Of a stretch of DNA of 43,026 nucleotides, positions 8,341 to 17,001 are shown one piece after another (the first letter of the stretch is position 1; every line of letters begins with the position of its first letter). The notes beneath the pieces were generated by a model that had not been told where the DNA came from, searched no databases, and saw only the letters and a list, made by a program, of their open reading frames with translations. This DNA comes from an uncultured Eubacteriales bacterium (GTDB taxonomy: Bacteria > Bacillota > Clostridia > Christensenellales > UBA1242). Position numbers and translations under genes: made by a program. The stretch covers positions 1 through 43,026 of the forward strand of contig CAJKVX010000001.1 in NCBI GenBank assembly GCA_905203455.1. The letters run 5' to 3'.

Positions 8341-9897
8341 ATGAAATTTTTATTAAAACTTAGAGATGTAACACTTTCAATTTTGCCTGTGGTTGCAATT
8401 TGTTTGTTTATTCATTTTGCTTTTCACAGGTTTAGTGATGGTGTTATATTTTCTTTTTTAATTAGCACGGTTCTTATAATTGTTGGTGAAACCCTGTTTT
8501 TTTTAGGGGTTGACAATTCTATTATTCCCATGGGGGAAATTGTTGGGAACTCTTCAAATAAATCATCTAAGATTTTTGTGCTAATTTTGTTTGGGTTTAT
8601 TTTTGGGTTATTTGCAACCCTTGCTGAGCCAGATGTTTCAGTGCTTGCAGGGCAAGCAATTGGAATGGGGGTTGGGGTTTCGCGAATTGTTTTTATGTTT
8701 ATAATTGGTGCAGGGGTTGGCGTTGCCGTTGCCTTTGCGCTTATAAGAATTGTTGCAAGAATTCCGTTCAAAATTGTGCTTATTGTTATTCTTGCAATTA
8801 TTTTGATTTTTTGCTTTTTTGTTCCACATTCATTAATTGCTCTTGCTTTTGATGCAGGAGGTGCCACAACGGGAATTGTGACAAGTCCGTTTTTAATTGC
8901 AATTGCATCAGGTATATCTTTAAACAGAAGCAAAAACAGCACTGACAACTCTTTTGGGGTTATTGGAATTGCCTCTTTGGGGCCTGTGCTTGCACTTATG
9001 TTTTATTTTGCTTTGGCTCACATTAGTGGAGATGTTTCAAGCGTTTCAGGGCAAACTTCTGCCGATTTCTTTTCCCTTATGCTTGAAGAGTTGCAAGCCA
9101 CCAGTTTAAGCGTTTTGCCGCTTGTTTTCTTCTTTTTTATTTATGAACTTATCTTTGTTAAACTGCCTAAAAAGAAGGTGGGAGAAATTTTAATTGGGGC
9201 ATTATTCACCTTTGTTGGCTTGTTTTTGTTTTTGCTTGGGCTAGATTATGGCTTTATTTCAATGGGAAGAGAGTTAGGGGCATTTTTATCTGGAACCCCT
9301 AACTATGTTATAATTCTGTTTTGTGTTGTGCTTGGGTTTATAATCACATTCACCGAACCTGCCGTTCGCATTTTAGGTAAGCAGATTGAAGATGTTACAA
9401 GCGGGCACATAAAATCAAAGGTTGTTATAATTTCAATTGCGGTGTCAATGTGTTTTGCGCTTTTAATTAACGCGGTTAGAATTATATATAACATTGACTT
9501 TTTGTGGATAATTGGCATTGGTTATGGGCTTGCTGTTATTCTTATGATTTTCTGTGAGCCTTTGTTTGTTGGCATTGGGTTTGACTCTGGCGGTGTTGCA
9601 AGCGGACCAATTTCTGCGGCGTTTATTCTGCCACTTATGCTTGGGCTTGCAGATGGGGCAGAAGGCTTTGGAATTATTGCCCTTGTTGGGTTAATGCCGA
9701 TTATTGTGTTGCAGATTTTAGGAATAATTTATAAACTCAAACTTGTGGCTATTAGAAGAAGTGAAGAAAAACATGCACTTAGAATTGCCTATGGAATGGA
9801 TATGTTAAGCCAAACTGATAAACTTAGAAAAGAAGCAAATAAAATAAAAAAATTAAAACAAAAAAAGGTGGAAGAAAATGAAAGTGAAGAAAACTAA
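8341..9897 (+). CDS. polytopic membrane protein with two homologous halves, DUF1538-like
   Basis: 518 aa with a dozen or so hydrophobic segments. An internal duplication is visible: LAEPDVSVLAGQ / FTEPAVRILGKQ, and AFDAGGATTGIVTSPF (8845-8892) / GFDSGGVASGPISAAF (9577-9624). The motifs and the P-II neighbours match my recollection of Pfam DUF1538. This needs HMM confirmation. Confidence 0.7.
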   Translation: MKFLLKLRDVTLSILPVVAICLFIHFAFHRFSDGVIFSFLISTVLIIVGETLFFLGVDNSIIPMGEIVGNSSNKSSKIFVLILFGFIFGLFATLAEPDVSVLAGQAIGMGVGVSRIVFMFIIGAGVGVAVAFALIRIVARIPFKIVLIVILAIILIFCFFVPHSLIALAFDAGGATTGIVTSPFLIAIASGISLNRSKNSTDNSFGVIGIASLGPVLALMFYFALAHISGDVSSVSGQTSADFFSLMLEELQATSLSVLPLVFFFFIYELIFVKLPKKKVGEILIGALFTFVGLFLFLLGLDYGFISMGRELGAFLSGTPNYVIILFCVVLGFIITFTEPAVRILGKQIEDVTSGHIKSKVVIISIAVSMCFALLINAVRIIYNIDFLWIIGIGYGLAVILMIFCEPLFVGIGFDSGGVASGPISAAFILPLMLGLADGAEGFGIIALVGLMPIIVLQILGIIYKLKLVAIRRSEEKHALRIAYGMDMLSQTDKLRKEANKIKKLKQKKVEENESEEN

Positions 9898-10246
9898 AAA
9901 AATACTTCCTGATAAATTCAAATTAAAAGAAATAAATGACCTTAAAATGTGTGTGTTTATTGCAAAAAAAGAGTTTGAAGAAACTATGATTTATGACATT
10001 GAGTGCCTTGGCGGAAGAGTTTTAAGCGTTGTTCCTGCAAATGGAATTAGCCACACAAGTATGTTTGAGGTTATAAAATCTGTAAGCACACCTTGCATTG
10101 TTGTTTTTGCTGTTTGCAGGAATGAAGATGTTAGCGATGTTATTAGCCACATAAGTTTAAAATATGAACTTTTTATGCCAGGAAGCGGAAGGGCATTTGC
10201 CATTGATGTTGATGGATATTTAGGGGCTAAGGCGTTGTTTTTATAA
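9878..10246 (+). CDS. P-II-like signal transduction protein (divergent)
   Basis: AAGGTGGA RBS at 9866-9873. ~120 aa with a beta-alpha-beta x2 pattern resembling GlnB-like proteins (MCVFIAKKEFEETMIYDIECLGGRVLSVVPANG ... CIVVFAVCRNEDVSDVISHI ... GSGRAFAIDV). Overlaps the upstream gene by 20 nt. Confidence 0.5.
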   Translation: MKVKKTKKILPDKFKLKEINDLKMCVFIAKKEFEETMIYDIECLGGRVLSVVPANGISHTSMFEVIKSVSTPCIVVFAVCRNEDVSDVISHISLKYELFMPGSGRAFAIDVDGYLGAKALFL

Positions 10247-10257
10247 GGGGAGAAGAT

Positions 10258-10617
10258 ATGGAATTGTTTGATGAAATTTTTGATAAAGACGATTATAAAT
10301 TGGTTGTTGCCGTTGTTGCAAGGGGATATTCAGGTGAGGTTATAAACATGGCAAAAGCAGCAGGGGCAAAAGGTGCTGTTGTGCTTTCAGGAATTGGGTC
10401 AGGTGAAAGCAAGAAGACCTTTTTTGGCTTTTCAGTAAGCCCTGAAAATGAAGTTGTTATGATTGTTACAAAAACTGAAATTGTTATAGAGGTTATTGAA
10501 AACATTTATAAGGCTGTGGACTTTAAAAGCAGAGCAAGAGGGCTTGTGTTTGCTTTGCCAATTGACCATGTAACTGGAATGAGCCATATTAAAATTGAAG
10601 AAGAAAGTGAAGAATAA
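10258..10617 (+). CDS. P-II family protein (GlnB-like fold)
   Basis: AAGGGGAG RBS. KLVVAVVARGYSGEVINMAKAAGAKGAVVLSGIGSG...VVMIVTKTEIVIEVIENIYKAV...RGLVFALPIDHV aligns by eye with the GlnB pattern K.EAII....V..AL...G..G.TV..V.G.G...K..IEIVV.D..V..V...I...G..GDGKIFV.PV. Confidence 0.65.
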   Translation: MELFDEIFDKDDYKLVVAVVARGYSGEVINMAKAAGAKGAVVLSGIGSGESKKTFFGFSVSPENEVVMIVTKTEIVIEVIENIYKAVDFKSRARGLVFALPIDHVTGMSHIKIEEESEE

Positions 10618-10724
10618 AAGTCACCATAAGTAAACAACGGACCTAACAAAGAATTTTGTAAAAGAGTTCTTTAAAGGGTTAAATAAAGAATAATTGTAAA
10701 AGGGCTTTATAAAGTAAAGAGGCT

Positions 10725-11789
10725 TTATAATGAATATTTATAAATTTGTTCTAAAACTTGTTTGGTTCCATTTTTAAAACCGCTGTTTTTTAAGTGTTTA
10801 ATTAAATTTGCTTTTTCATTGTTTGTTGTGTTTATCATTTCAACAAGGGTTGTTGGTGAAAGGTTTTCTTGGTAAAGCACATTTGCAAAGTGGTTATCTT
10901 TAAAATAATTGGCGTTTTCAACTTGGTCGCCCCTTGAAGTGCCTTTTGGAAGGGGAATTAACAGCATTGGTTTTAAGGCATGGGCAAGTTCAAAAATTGT
11001 GTTGCTTCCAGCACGGCTTACAACAATGTCTGCAATGTCAATAAGTTCGGGCATATTTGAAGCAAATTCAATTTGGGTGTAATTTTTTAAGTTAAGGTTA
11101 TTGTTTTTGTTGCCTTTGCCTGTGATATGAATAACATAATAATTTTTGGTAAGAGTGTTTATTGCTGAGAAAACTGCCTTGTTGATTGCAACACTTCCAA
11201 GACTTCCGCCTGTTACAAGCAAAACTTTAAGGTTAGGCAAAATGCCCAATCTTTTTTTGGTTTGATTAATGGCGTCAAGGTTTTTTGCTTGACTTATAAG
11301 TGGTGTTCCTGTAAAAACCCCGTTATTTGATTTTAAGTGAGATGTTTTTTCAAAAGTGGTGCAAACACATTTGGCATATTTTGAGCAGATTTTATTTGCA
11401 AGCCCCATTGAAAGGTCACTTTCGTGGCAAACAACAGGAATTTTAAGGCTTTTGGCTGCAAGAACCACGGGAACAGAAACAAAACCACCTTTGCTGAAAA
11501 TAATATTGGGTTTTGTGGTTTTTAGATATTTTTTTGCTTGGTGTTTTGCCTTAATTAATTTAACAGGCAAAAGAAGGTTAACTAAAATTTTGCCCCTTAC
11601 AAATTTAACAGCATCTATTCCATAAAAGTCAAGGTTGGCTTTGTTTTTGACAATTTCTTTTTCAACTCCGTTTTTTGAACCAATGTATACAATTTTTGAA
11701 TAGTTTTGCTTTAAAGAATCAAGCAAGGCAAAGTGGGGCATAACATGCCCAGCAGTTCCGCCACCAGTTAAAACAATGCAGTTTTTCAT
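10725..11789 (-). CDS. murG: undecaprenyldiphospho-muramoylpentapeptide beta-N-acetylglucosaminyltransferase
   Basis: AGGAG RBS. LTGGGTAGHVMP N-terminal G-loop, GGSLGS, RAGSNTIFEL and GDQVENA motifs of MurG (GT28). 354 aa. Confidence 0.9.
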   Translation of the reverse strand: MKNCIVLTGGGTAGHVMPHFALLDSLKQNYSKIVYIGSKNGVEKEIVKNKANLDFYGIDAVKFVRGKILVNLLLPVKLIKAKHQAKKYLKTTKPNIIFSKGGFVSVPVVLAAKSLKIPVVCHESDLSMGLANKICSKYAKCVCTTFEKTSHLKSNNGVFTGTPLISQAKNLDAINQTKKRLGILPNLKVLLVTGGSLGSVAINKAVFSAINTLTKNYYVIHITGKGNKNNNLNLKNYTQIEFASNMPELIDIADIVVSRAGSNTIFELAHALKPMLLIPLPKGTSRGDQVENANYFKDNHFANVLYQENLSPTTLVEMINTTNNEKANLIKHLKNSGFKNGTKQVLEQIYKYSL

Positions 11790-11911
11790 AAAGTTTCTCC
11801 TTTTTAAAACCTTTTTTTGTTATTATATGTTTAAATTTTGCAAATATAGATTTTGATGCAATTAAAAACAAATATAATTGCCGTAACTTAAAAATTACTC
11901 TTAACTTTTAT

Positions 11912-11940
11912 TTGCGCACAACTTTTATTTTTGCTATAAT
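11912..11940 (+). promoter_or_regulatory. candidate SigA-type promoter for the topoisomerase pair
   Basis: TTGCGC (11912-11917), 17-nt spacer, TATAAT (11935-11940), with TG at 11932-11933 (extended -10). 31 nt upstream of ATG 11971. Confidence 0.45.
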
Positions 11941-11970
11941 ATTCCTGATAAAAACAAAGGATAGGGTTTT

Positions 11971-13935
11971 ATGGCAGAACATAATAGTTATGACGCAAAA
12001 GACATTCAGGTTTTAGAAGGGCTTGATGCCGTTAGGTTAAGACCAGGAATGTATATTGGAACAACAGGACCCAAAGGATTGCACCACCTTATTTGGGAAC
12101 TTGTTGATAACGCAATTGATGAAGCGGCAAATGGATATTGTGACCGCATTATTGTCACGCTTAATAAAGATGGTTCAGCAAGCGTTGAAGACAACGGAAG
12201 AGGGGTGCCTGTTGACATTCATCCAACGCTTAAAATTAGTGCGGTTGAGGTTGTTTACACTAAACTTCATGCGGGTGGTAAGTTTAACAATGAAAACTAT
12301 GCTTATTCTGGTGGGCTTCATGGGGTTGGAGCATCGGTTGTTAATGCGTTAAGCAAGTGGCTTAAAGTTGAAGTTTGCAGGGGTGGCAAGAAATATTTTA
12401 TGGAGTTTCACACCGTTATAGACAAAAGCGGAAAAGTGCATGGTGGGGTGCCTGTTGAGCCATTAAAAGAAGTTGGCAAGGCCATTAAAAGTGGAACAAA
12501 AGTAACCTTTTTGCCTGATGATACAATTTTTGAAACGGTTGAGTTTGACCATGATGTTATTTCAAAAAGGTTAAAAGAACTTGCCTTTTTAAACAAGGGC
12601 ATTGAAATTATTTTAATTGATGACAGAGAAAATGCTAACGAACAAACACACTATTTGTCTTATAAATATGACGGGGGAATAAGTGATTTTGTTAAATATA
12701 TTAACGAATCTAAAAACTGCTTGTATGATAACCCGATTGTTATTGAAGGGGAAAAGAGCGGGGTGAAGGTTAGTGTTGCAATTGAGCATACTGATGGCTA
12801 CACTGACAATGTGTTTAGTTATGTAAACAACATTCCAACAACTGAGGGTGGAACCCATGAAACGGGGCTTAGAAGCGGGCTTACAAAGGTTTTAAATGAC
12901 CTTGCAAGAAAAAACGGCAACCTTAAAGAAAAGGACGCAAATTTAATTGCAGATGACTTTAAAGAAGGGCTTACTGCTGTTTTGCTTGTTAAAATGAAAA
13001 ATGTTCAGTTTGAGGGGCAAACAAAAACCAAACTTGGCAACCCTGAGGCAAAGAACGCCGTTGAAGCGGTTGTTATTGAGGGGTTAACAAATTATTTTAG
13101 TGGTAACAGAACTGGTAAAATTTTAAACACAATTATTGATAAGGCTTTGGGGGCAGCAAAGGTTAGAGAGGCTGCAAGAAAAGCCAAAGAGATAACAAGG
13201 CAAAAAAATGCACTTGATGGTGCAAGTTTGGTTGGTAAACTTGCTTCATGCACAGGAAGAAACGCAAGAAACAACGAGTTGTTTATTGTTGAGGGTAAAA
13301 GTGCAGGTGGAACGGCAAAACAGGCAAGAGACAGGTCTTTTCAAGCAATTTTGCCACTTAGGGGAAAGCCACTTAATGCTGAAAAGAAAAGAATTGACCA
13401 AGTTTTAATGAATGAGGAATTTAGAACAATTATCACTGCACTTGGGGCAGGAATTGGTGAAGATTTTAATCTTGATGATTTGAAGTATCACAAAGTTATT
13501 ATTCTTGCAGATGCTGACCAAGATGGTGCACACATTAGGGCAATTCTGCTTACATTTTTTTATAGATACATGAAAGAACTTATAACCGAAGGGCATGTTT
13601 ACATTGGAATGCCACCGCTTTACAAGGTTTATAAAAAAGATGTTGAAGAATATGTTTATTCAGACAATGAACTTAGTGATGCCATTGCACGAGTTGGCAA
13701 AGGTTACAGCATTCAAAGATACAAAGGGCTTGGTGAAATGAGCAATGACCAACTTTGGGACACAACCATGAACCCTAAGGTTAGGTCTTTGATTAGAGTT
13801 TCAATTGAAGATGCAGCCGAAGCAGAAAAAATGATAACAATTTTAATGGGCGATAACATTGAAGCAAGAAAACTTTACATTAGTGAAAATGCGGACTTTA
13901 ACAAAGAAGATAATTTTAAACCCACAGGCAAATAA
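11971..13935 (+). CDS. gyrB: type IIA DNA topoisomerase subunit B (GyrB/ParE family; most GyrB-like)
   Basis: GHKL ATPase motifs VLEGLDAVRLRPGMYIG, HHLIWELVDNAIDEA and GGLHGVGASVVNALS. QFEGQTKTKLGN. TOPRIM EGKSAGG...DADQDGAHI. PPLYKV and RYKGLGEM. 654 aa. Confidence 0.9.
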   Translation: MAEHNSYDAKDIQVLEGLDAVRLRPGMYIGTTGPKGLHHLIWELVDNAIDEAANGYCDRIIVTLNKDGSASVEDNGRGVPVDIHPTLKISAVEVVYTKLHAGGKFNNENYAYSGGLHGVGASVVNALSKWLKVEVCRGGKKYFMEFHTVIDKSGKVHGGVPVEPLKEVGKAIKSGTKVTFLPDDTIFETVEFDHDVISKRLKELAFLNKGIEIILIDDRENANEQTHYLSYKYDGGISDFVKYINESKNCLYDNPIVIEGEKSGVKVSVAIEHTDGYTDNVFSYVNNIPTTEGGTHETGLRSGLTKVLNDLARKNGNLKEKDANLIADDFKEGLTAVLLVKMKNVQFEGQTKTKLGNPEAKNAVEAVVIEGLTNYFSGNRTGKILNTIIDKALGAAKVREAARKAKEITRQKNALDGASLVGKLASCTGRNARNNELFIVEGKSAGGTAKQARDRSFQAILPLRGKPLNAEKKRIDQVLMNEEFRTIITALGAGIGEDFNLDDLKYHKVIILADADQDGAHIRAILLTFFYRYMKELITEGHVYIGMPPLYKVYKKDVEEYVYSDNELSDAIARVGKGYSIQRYKGLGEMSNDQLWDTTMNPKVRSLIRVSIEDAAEAEKMITILMGDNIEARKLYISENADFNKEDNFKPTGK

Positions 13936-13952
13936 CCTAAGGAGAATTACAT

Positions 13953-16484
13953 ATGAGTTTTGAAGATGAAGATTTAACAATGAACGAAAATGCGGTTGAA
14001 AGTGAAGACTCAAGCCCAAAAGCCAGAAAAAGCAGGGGCAAAAATGATGGTGGCGGAACTATTCTTGCAAAAGAATTGTTTTTGATGCCTATTGATAAAG
14101 TTATTAATGATTCAATGATGCCTTACAGTGAGCATGTTATTCTTGACCGTGCTTTGCCAAGAGTTGAAGATGGGCTTAAACCCGTGCAAAGAAGAATTTT
14201 GTATACTCTTAATGAACTGGGCATAACCCCAGACAAGCCTCATAAAAAATCTGCAAGAATTGTTGGTGACTGTTTGGGGCGATATCACCCTCATGGCGAC
14301 ACAAGCGTTTATGATGCAATGGTAAGGCTTGCCCAGCCATTTAACATGAGAAATGTTCTTATTGATGGGCATGGTAACTTCGGGTCGGTTGATGGTGACG
14401 ATGCTGCAGCAATGCGTTACACTGAGGCAAGAATGGCACCTTTGGCTCTTGAAATGCTTAGAGATATTGACAAAGAAACTGTGCCTTGGACACTTAACTT
14501 TGATGACTCTTTAAAAGAGCCAGTAACTCTTCCGTGCAGATTTCCTAATATTTTGGTTAATGGTTCAAGTGGAATTGCAGTTGGGCTTGCAACAAACATT
14601 CCAACTCATAACCTTGGAGAGGTTATTGATGGCGCTGTTAGTTACATTGAAAATTCAAACTTAACCTTAACTGACCTTATGAAAAAAATTAAGGGGCCAG
14701 ATTTCCCAACTGGCGGATACATTATTGCAGGTGATGAACTTAAAAAGGCATATGAAACAGGCAAAGGGAAAATTTTAATAAGGGCAAAAGTTCACATTGA
14801 AGGGCAAGATGGTGACAAAAAGAACATTGTTATAACCGAGTTGCCTTATCAGGTTAACAAAGCCGCACTGTTACAAAAAATTTTAGAGTTAAGTGAAACT
14901 AAAAAAGATGAACTTGCGGGCATTAGTGAAATTTGTGATGAAAGCGATAGGTCAGGAATGAGGGCTGTAATTAAGGTTAAAAAAGATTATGACGCCCAAA
15001 AGATTTTAAACATTTTGTTTAAATACACTGCACTTGAAACTTCATTTGGAATTAACATGGTTGCAATTGCTGATGGCAGACCTCAGCAAATGGGGTTAAT
15101 GGACATTATTGCCTATTATGTTAATTATCAAAGAGATGTTATTTACAGAAGAACAAAATTTGAACTTGATGCAGCAAGGGAAAGAGAGCATATTTTAAAG
15201 GGCTTGGTTATTGCCGTTAAAAACATTGATGAGGTTGTAAAAATTATCAAAAAGAGCGGCTCACCAACAGAGGCAAAAACTGCCCTTAGGTTAAGGTTTG
15301 ATTTGAGTGATAGGCAGGCTCAGGCTATTCTTGATTTAAGGCTTGCAAAGTTAACCAGCCTTGAAATTTACAAACTTGAAACCGAACTTGCCGAACTTGA
15401 AAAAAGAATTGAGCAACTTGTTGCAATTTTAGGTTCACGAAAACTTCAACTTGATATTGTTAAAACTGAAATGCTTGAAATTAAAAAGAAATATAAGGAC
15501 CCCCGCAGGTCAGTTATTATTGACAGCGAAGAAGATTATGTTGTTAGTGCTTCTTCTTCTGCAAAACCTGTTGAAGATGTGTTTGTTACCATAAGTGAAA
15601 ATGGATATATTAAATATATGTCTGCAAAATATTTCGTGGGGGCAGTGAAAACTTTTGGGGATAGGTCAACGCTTAGCGAAGTTTATAGATGCATTTTAAA
15701 AACCACAACTGAAAGTCACATTTTGGTGTTTACTAACCTTGGAAATGTTTATAAACTTGATGTTGGAATGGTGCTTAGTGAGTGTAAGTGGAAAGAAAAG
15801 GGCACAAGTTTTGCAGATTTGTTTGAAGTTAGCAAAAATGAATTGCCTGTTAGCATGATTGAATTAACTGACCCAATGCCTGAAGGGCACTTGCTGTTTT
15901 TCACAAAGCAGGGCATGATTAAGAAAACGGCTTACAGTGAATACACTTTGCTTAAATCGGTTTATCAGGGAATTAAACTTAAAGATGGTGATGAACTTGT
16001 AAGCATTGAAAAAGACTTGCCTGACACTAACATTGTTATTGTAACCAAACTTGGCATGGTTTTAAATGCACTTAAAAATGACATTCCTGAACAGGGCAGA
16101 ATTTCAGGGGGCGTTAAAGGAATTAGCCTTGCTGATGACGATGAAGTGATTCTAATTTCACAAGTTAAAAAAGGTGAAAACATTGTTGCAATAACAAACA
16201 CGGGCTATGCAAAAAAAGTCAACATTTGTGAAATTGATGAAACTGCAAGATACCGCAAAGGCGTTAAACTTTATGACCTTAAGCCAACTTCAACTGGCAC
16301 AATGCTTGTTGGTGCCTTTGTTGAAAGAGATAACACTGAAATTATTGTTAAAAGTGAAAATGGTGAATATAATGCAATAAGTGCAAACAGTGTTGTGGAA
16401 GACACAAGGGGAAGCAAAGGCAAGAAACTTTCACTTGAAGACCTTAAATTACAGCAAGCATATGTAAGATTTTTGAGTAATTAA
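13953..16484 (+). CDS. gyrA: type IIA DNA topoisomerase subunit A (GyrA/ParC family; N-terminal domain GyrA-like, no GyrA box seen)
   Basis: AAGGAG RBS. DGLKPVQRRILY, KKSARIVGDCLGRYHPHGD, GHGNFGSVDGDDAAAMRYTEARM (active-site Tyr). C-terminal repeated beta-pinwheel-like blades (GRISGGVKGI, RYRKGVKL, TRGSKGKKL). 843 aa. Confidence 0.9.
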   Translation: MSFEDEDLTMNENAVESEDSSPKARKSRGKNDGGGTILAKELFLMPIDKVINDSMMPYSEHVILDRALPRVEDGLKPVQRRILYTLNELGITPDKPHKKSARIVGDCLGRYHPHGDTSVYDAMVRLAQPFNMRNVLIDGHGNFGSVDGDDAAAMRYTEARMAPLALEMLRDIDKETVPWTLNFDDSLKEPVTLPCRFPNILVNGSSGIAVGLATNIPTHNLGEVIDGAVSYIENSNLTLTDLMKKIKGPDFPTGGYIIAGDELKKAYETGKGKILIRAKVHIEGQDGDKKNIVITELPYQVNKAALLQKILELSETKKDELAGISEICDESDRSGMRAVIKVKKDYDAQKILNILFKYTALETSFGINMVAIADGRPQQMGLMDIIAYYVNYQRDVIYRRTKFELDAAREREHILKGLVIAVKNIDEVVKIIKKSGSPTEAKTALRLRFDLSDRQAQAILDLRLAKLTSLEIYKLETELAELEKRIEQLVAILGSRKLQLDIVKTEMLEIKKKYKDPRRSVIIDSEEDYVVSASSSAKPVEDVFVTISENGYIKYMSAKYFVGAVKTFGDRSTLSEVYRCILKTTTESHILVFTNLGNVYKLDVGMVLSECKWKEKGTSFADLFEVSKNELPVSMIELTDPMPEGHLLFFTKQGMIKKTAYSEYTLLKSVYQGIKLKDGDELVSIEKDLPDTNIVIVTKLGMVLNALKNDIPEQGRISGGVKGISLADDDEVILISQVKKGENIVAITNTGYAKKVNICEIDETARYRKGVKLYDLKPTSTGTMLVGAFVERDNTEIIVKSENGEYNAISANSVVEDTRGSKGKKLSLEDLKLQQAYVRFLSN

Positions 16485-16498
16485 TTTTGAAAAAAGTA

Positions 16499-16527
16499 TT
16501 GAATATGAAATAAGTTTGTGGTATTAT
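16499..16527 (+). promoter_or_regulatory. candidate SigA-type promoter for the small 16559 ORF
   Basis: TTGAAT (16499-16504), 17-nt spacer, TATTAT (16522-16527), with TG at 16519-16520 (extended -10). Confidence 0.4.
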
Positions 16528-16558
16528 ATGGCTAAATTAAGATAGAGAGGTTGATGTT

Positions 16559-16813
16559 ATGGCTAGTGGAATGTTAGGTTTAGAAAGAACAAATCTTGAA
16601 AACGCATTGAATTATAGTTATAGCGTTTTGTCATTTAATACTCAAAAAATTGAAGAAAAGAAAGCGTTGTTAAGGCAAACAACAAGTGAAACAAAGAAAC
16701 TTGAACTTAAAACAGACATTGATTTGCTTGAAGTTCAAAATGCTCAAACACGAATTAGCATTGAAAAAATTCATTCTAAATTAAATAGCCTTAATGAAGA
16801 AATGCAAAGGTAA
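16559..16813 (+). CDS. small hypothetical coiled-coil protein (84 aa)
   Basis: AGAGAGG RBS 8 nt upstream of the ATG. Heptad-like Leu/Glu/Lys-rich sequence (KIEEKKALLRQTTSETKKLELKTDIDLLEVQNAQTRISIEKIHSKLNSLNEEMQ). It has its own promoter-like and terminator-like signals. No family recognised. Confidence 0.5.
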   Translation: MASGMLGLERTNLENALNYSYSVLSFNTQKIEEKKALLRQTTSETKKLELKTDIDLLEVQNAQTRISIEKIHSKLNSLNEEMQR

Positions 16814-16875
16814 CAAACCAATTTAAAATTTTTGAATTTTGCTTTGTTAGGTAAAGTAAAACGAGCAAATTATGG

Positions 16876-16916
16876 GTGGAAAACTTTTTGAAATGTGAAA
16901 GTCTTCCACTTTTTTA
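16876..16916 (+). terminator. rho-independent terminator after the 84-aa ORF
   Basis: GTGGAAAACTTT (16876-16887) pairs with AAAGTCTTCCAC (16898-16909) at 11 of 12 positions. 10-nt loop, then TTTTTTATT. Confidence 0.6.
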
Positions 16917-16945
16917 TTGACGCGTTTTTTTTATTTTGTTATACT
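16917..16945 (+). promoter_or_regulatory. candidate SigA-type promoter for the 17002 gene
   Basis: TTGACG (16917-16922), 17-nt spacer, TATACT (16940-16945), with TG at 16937-16938 (extended -10). Confidence 0.4.
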
Positions 16946-17001
16946 ACATTTAAGTAGAATATTTTTATCTGCAAAATAAAAAACTAACTAAAAGATAACA
17001 G

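Noticed and set aside
8424-8948. 174-aa minus-strand ORF, and other nested ORFs inside the DUF1538-like gene
   Set aside because: It is antisense to a membrane-protein gene with clear duplicated motifs. This is a typical shadow ORF.
10618-10724. Possible terminator between the convergent P-II gene and murG (AAAGAA...TTCTTT; CTTTATAAAG palindrome; repeated GGCTTTATAA)
   Set aside because: The stems are only 5-6 AT-rich base pairs and have no proper U-tract. This is not convincing as an intrinsic terminator.
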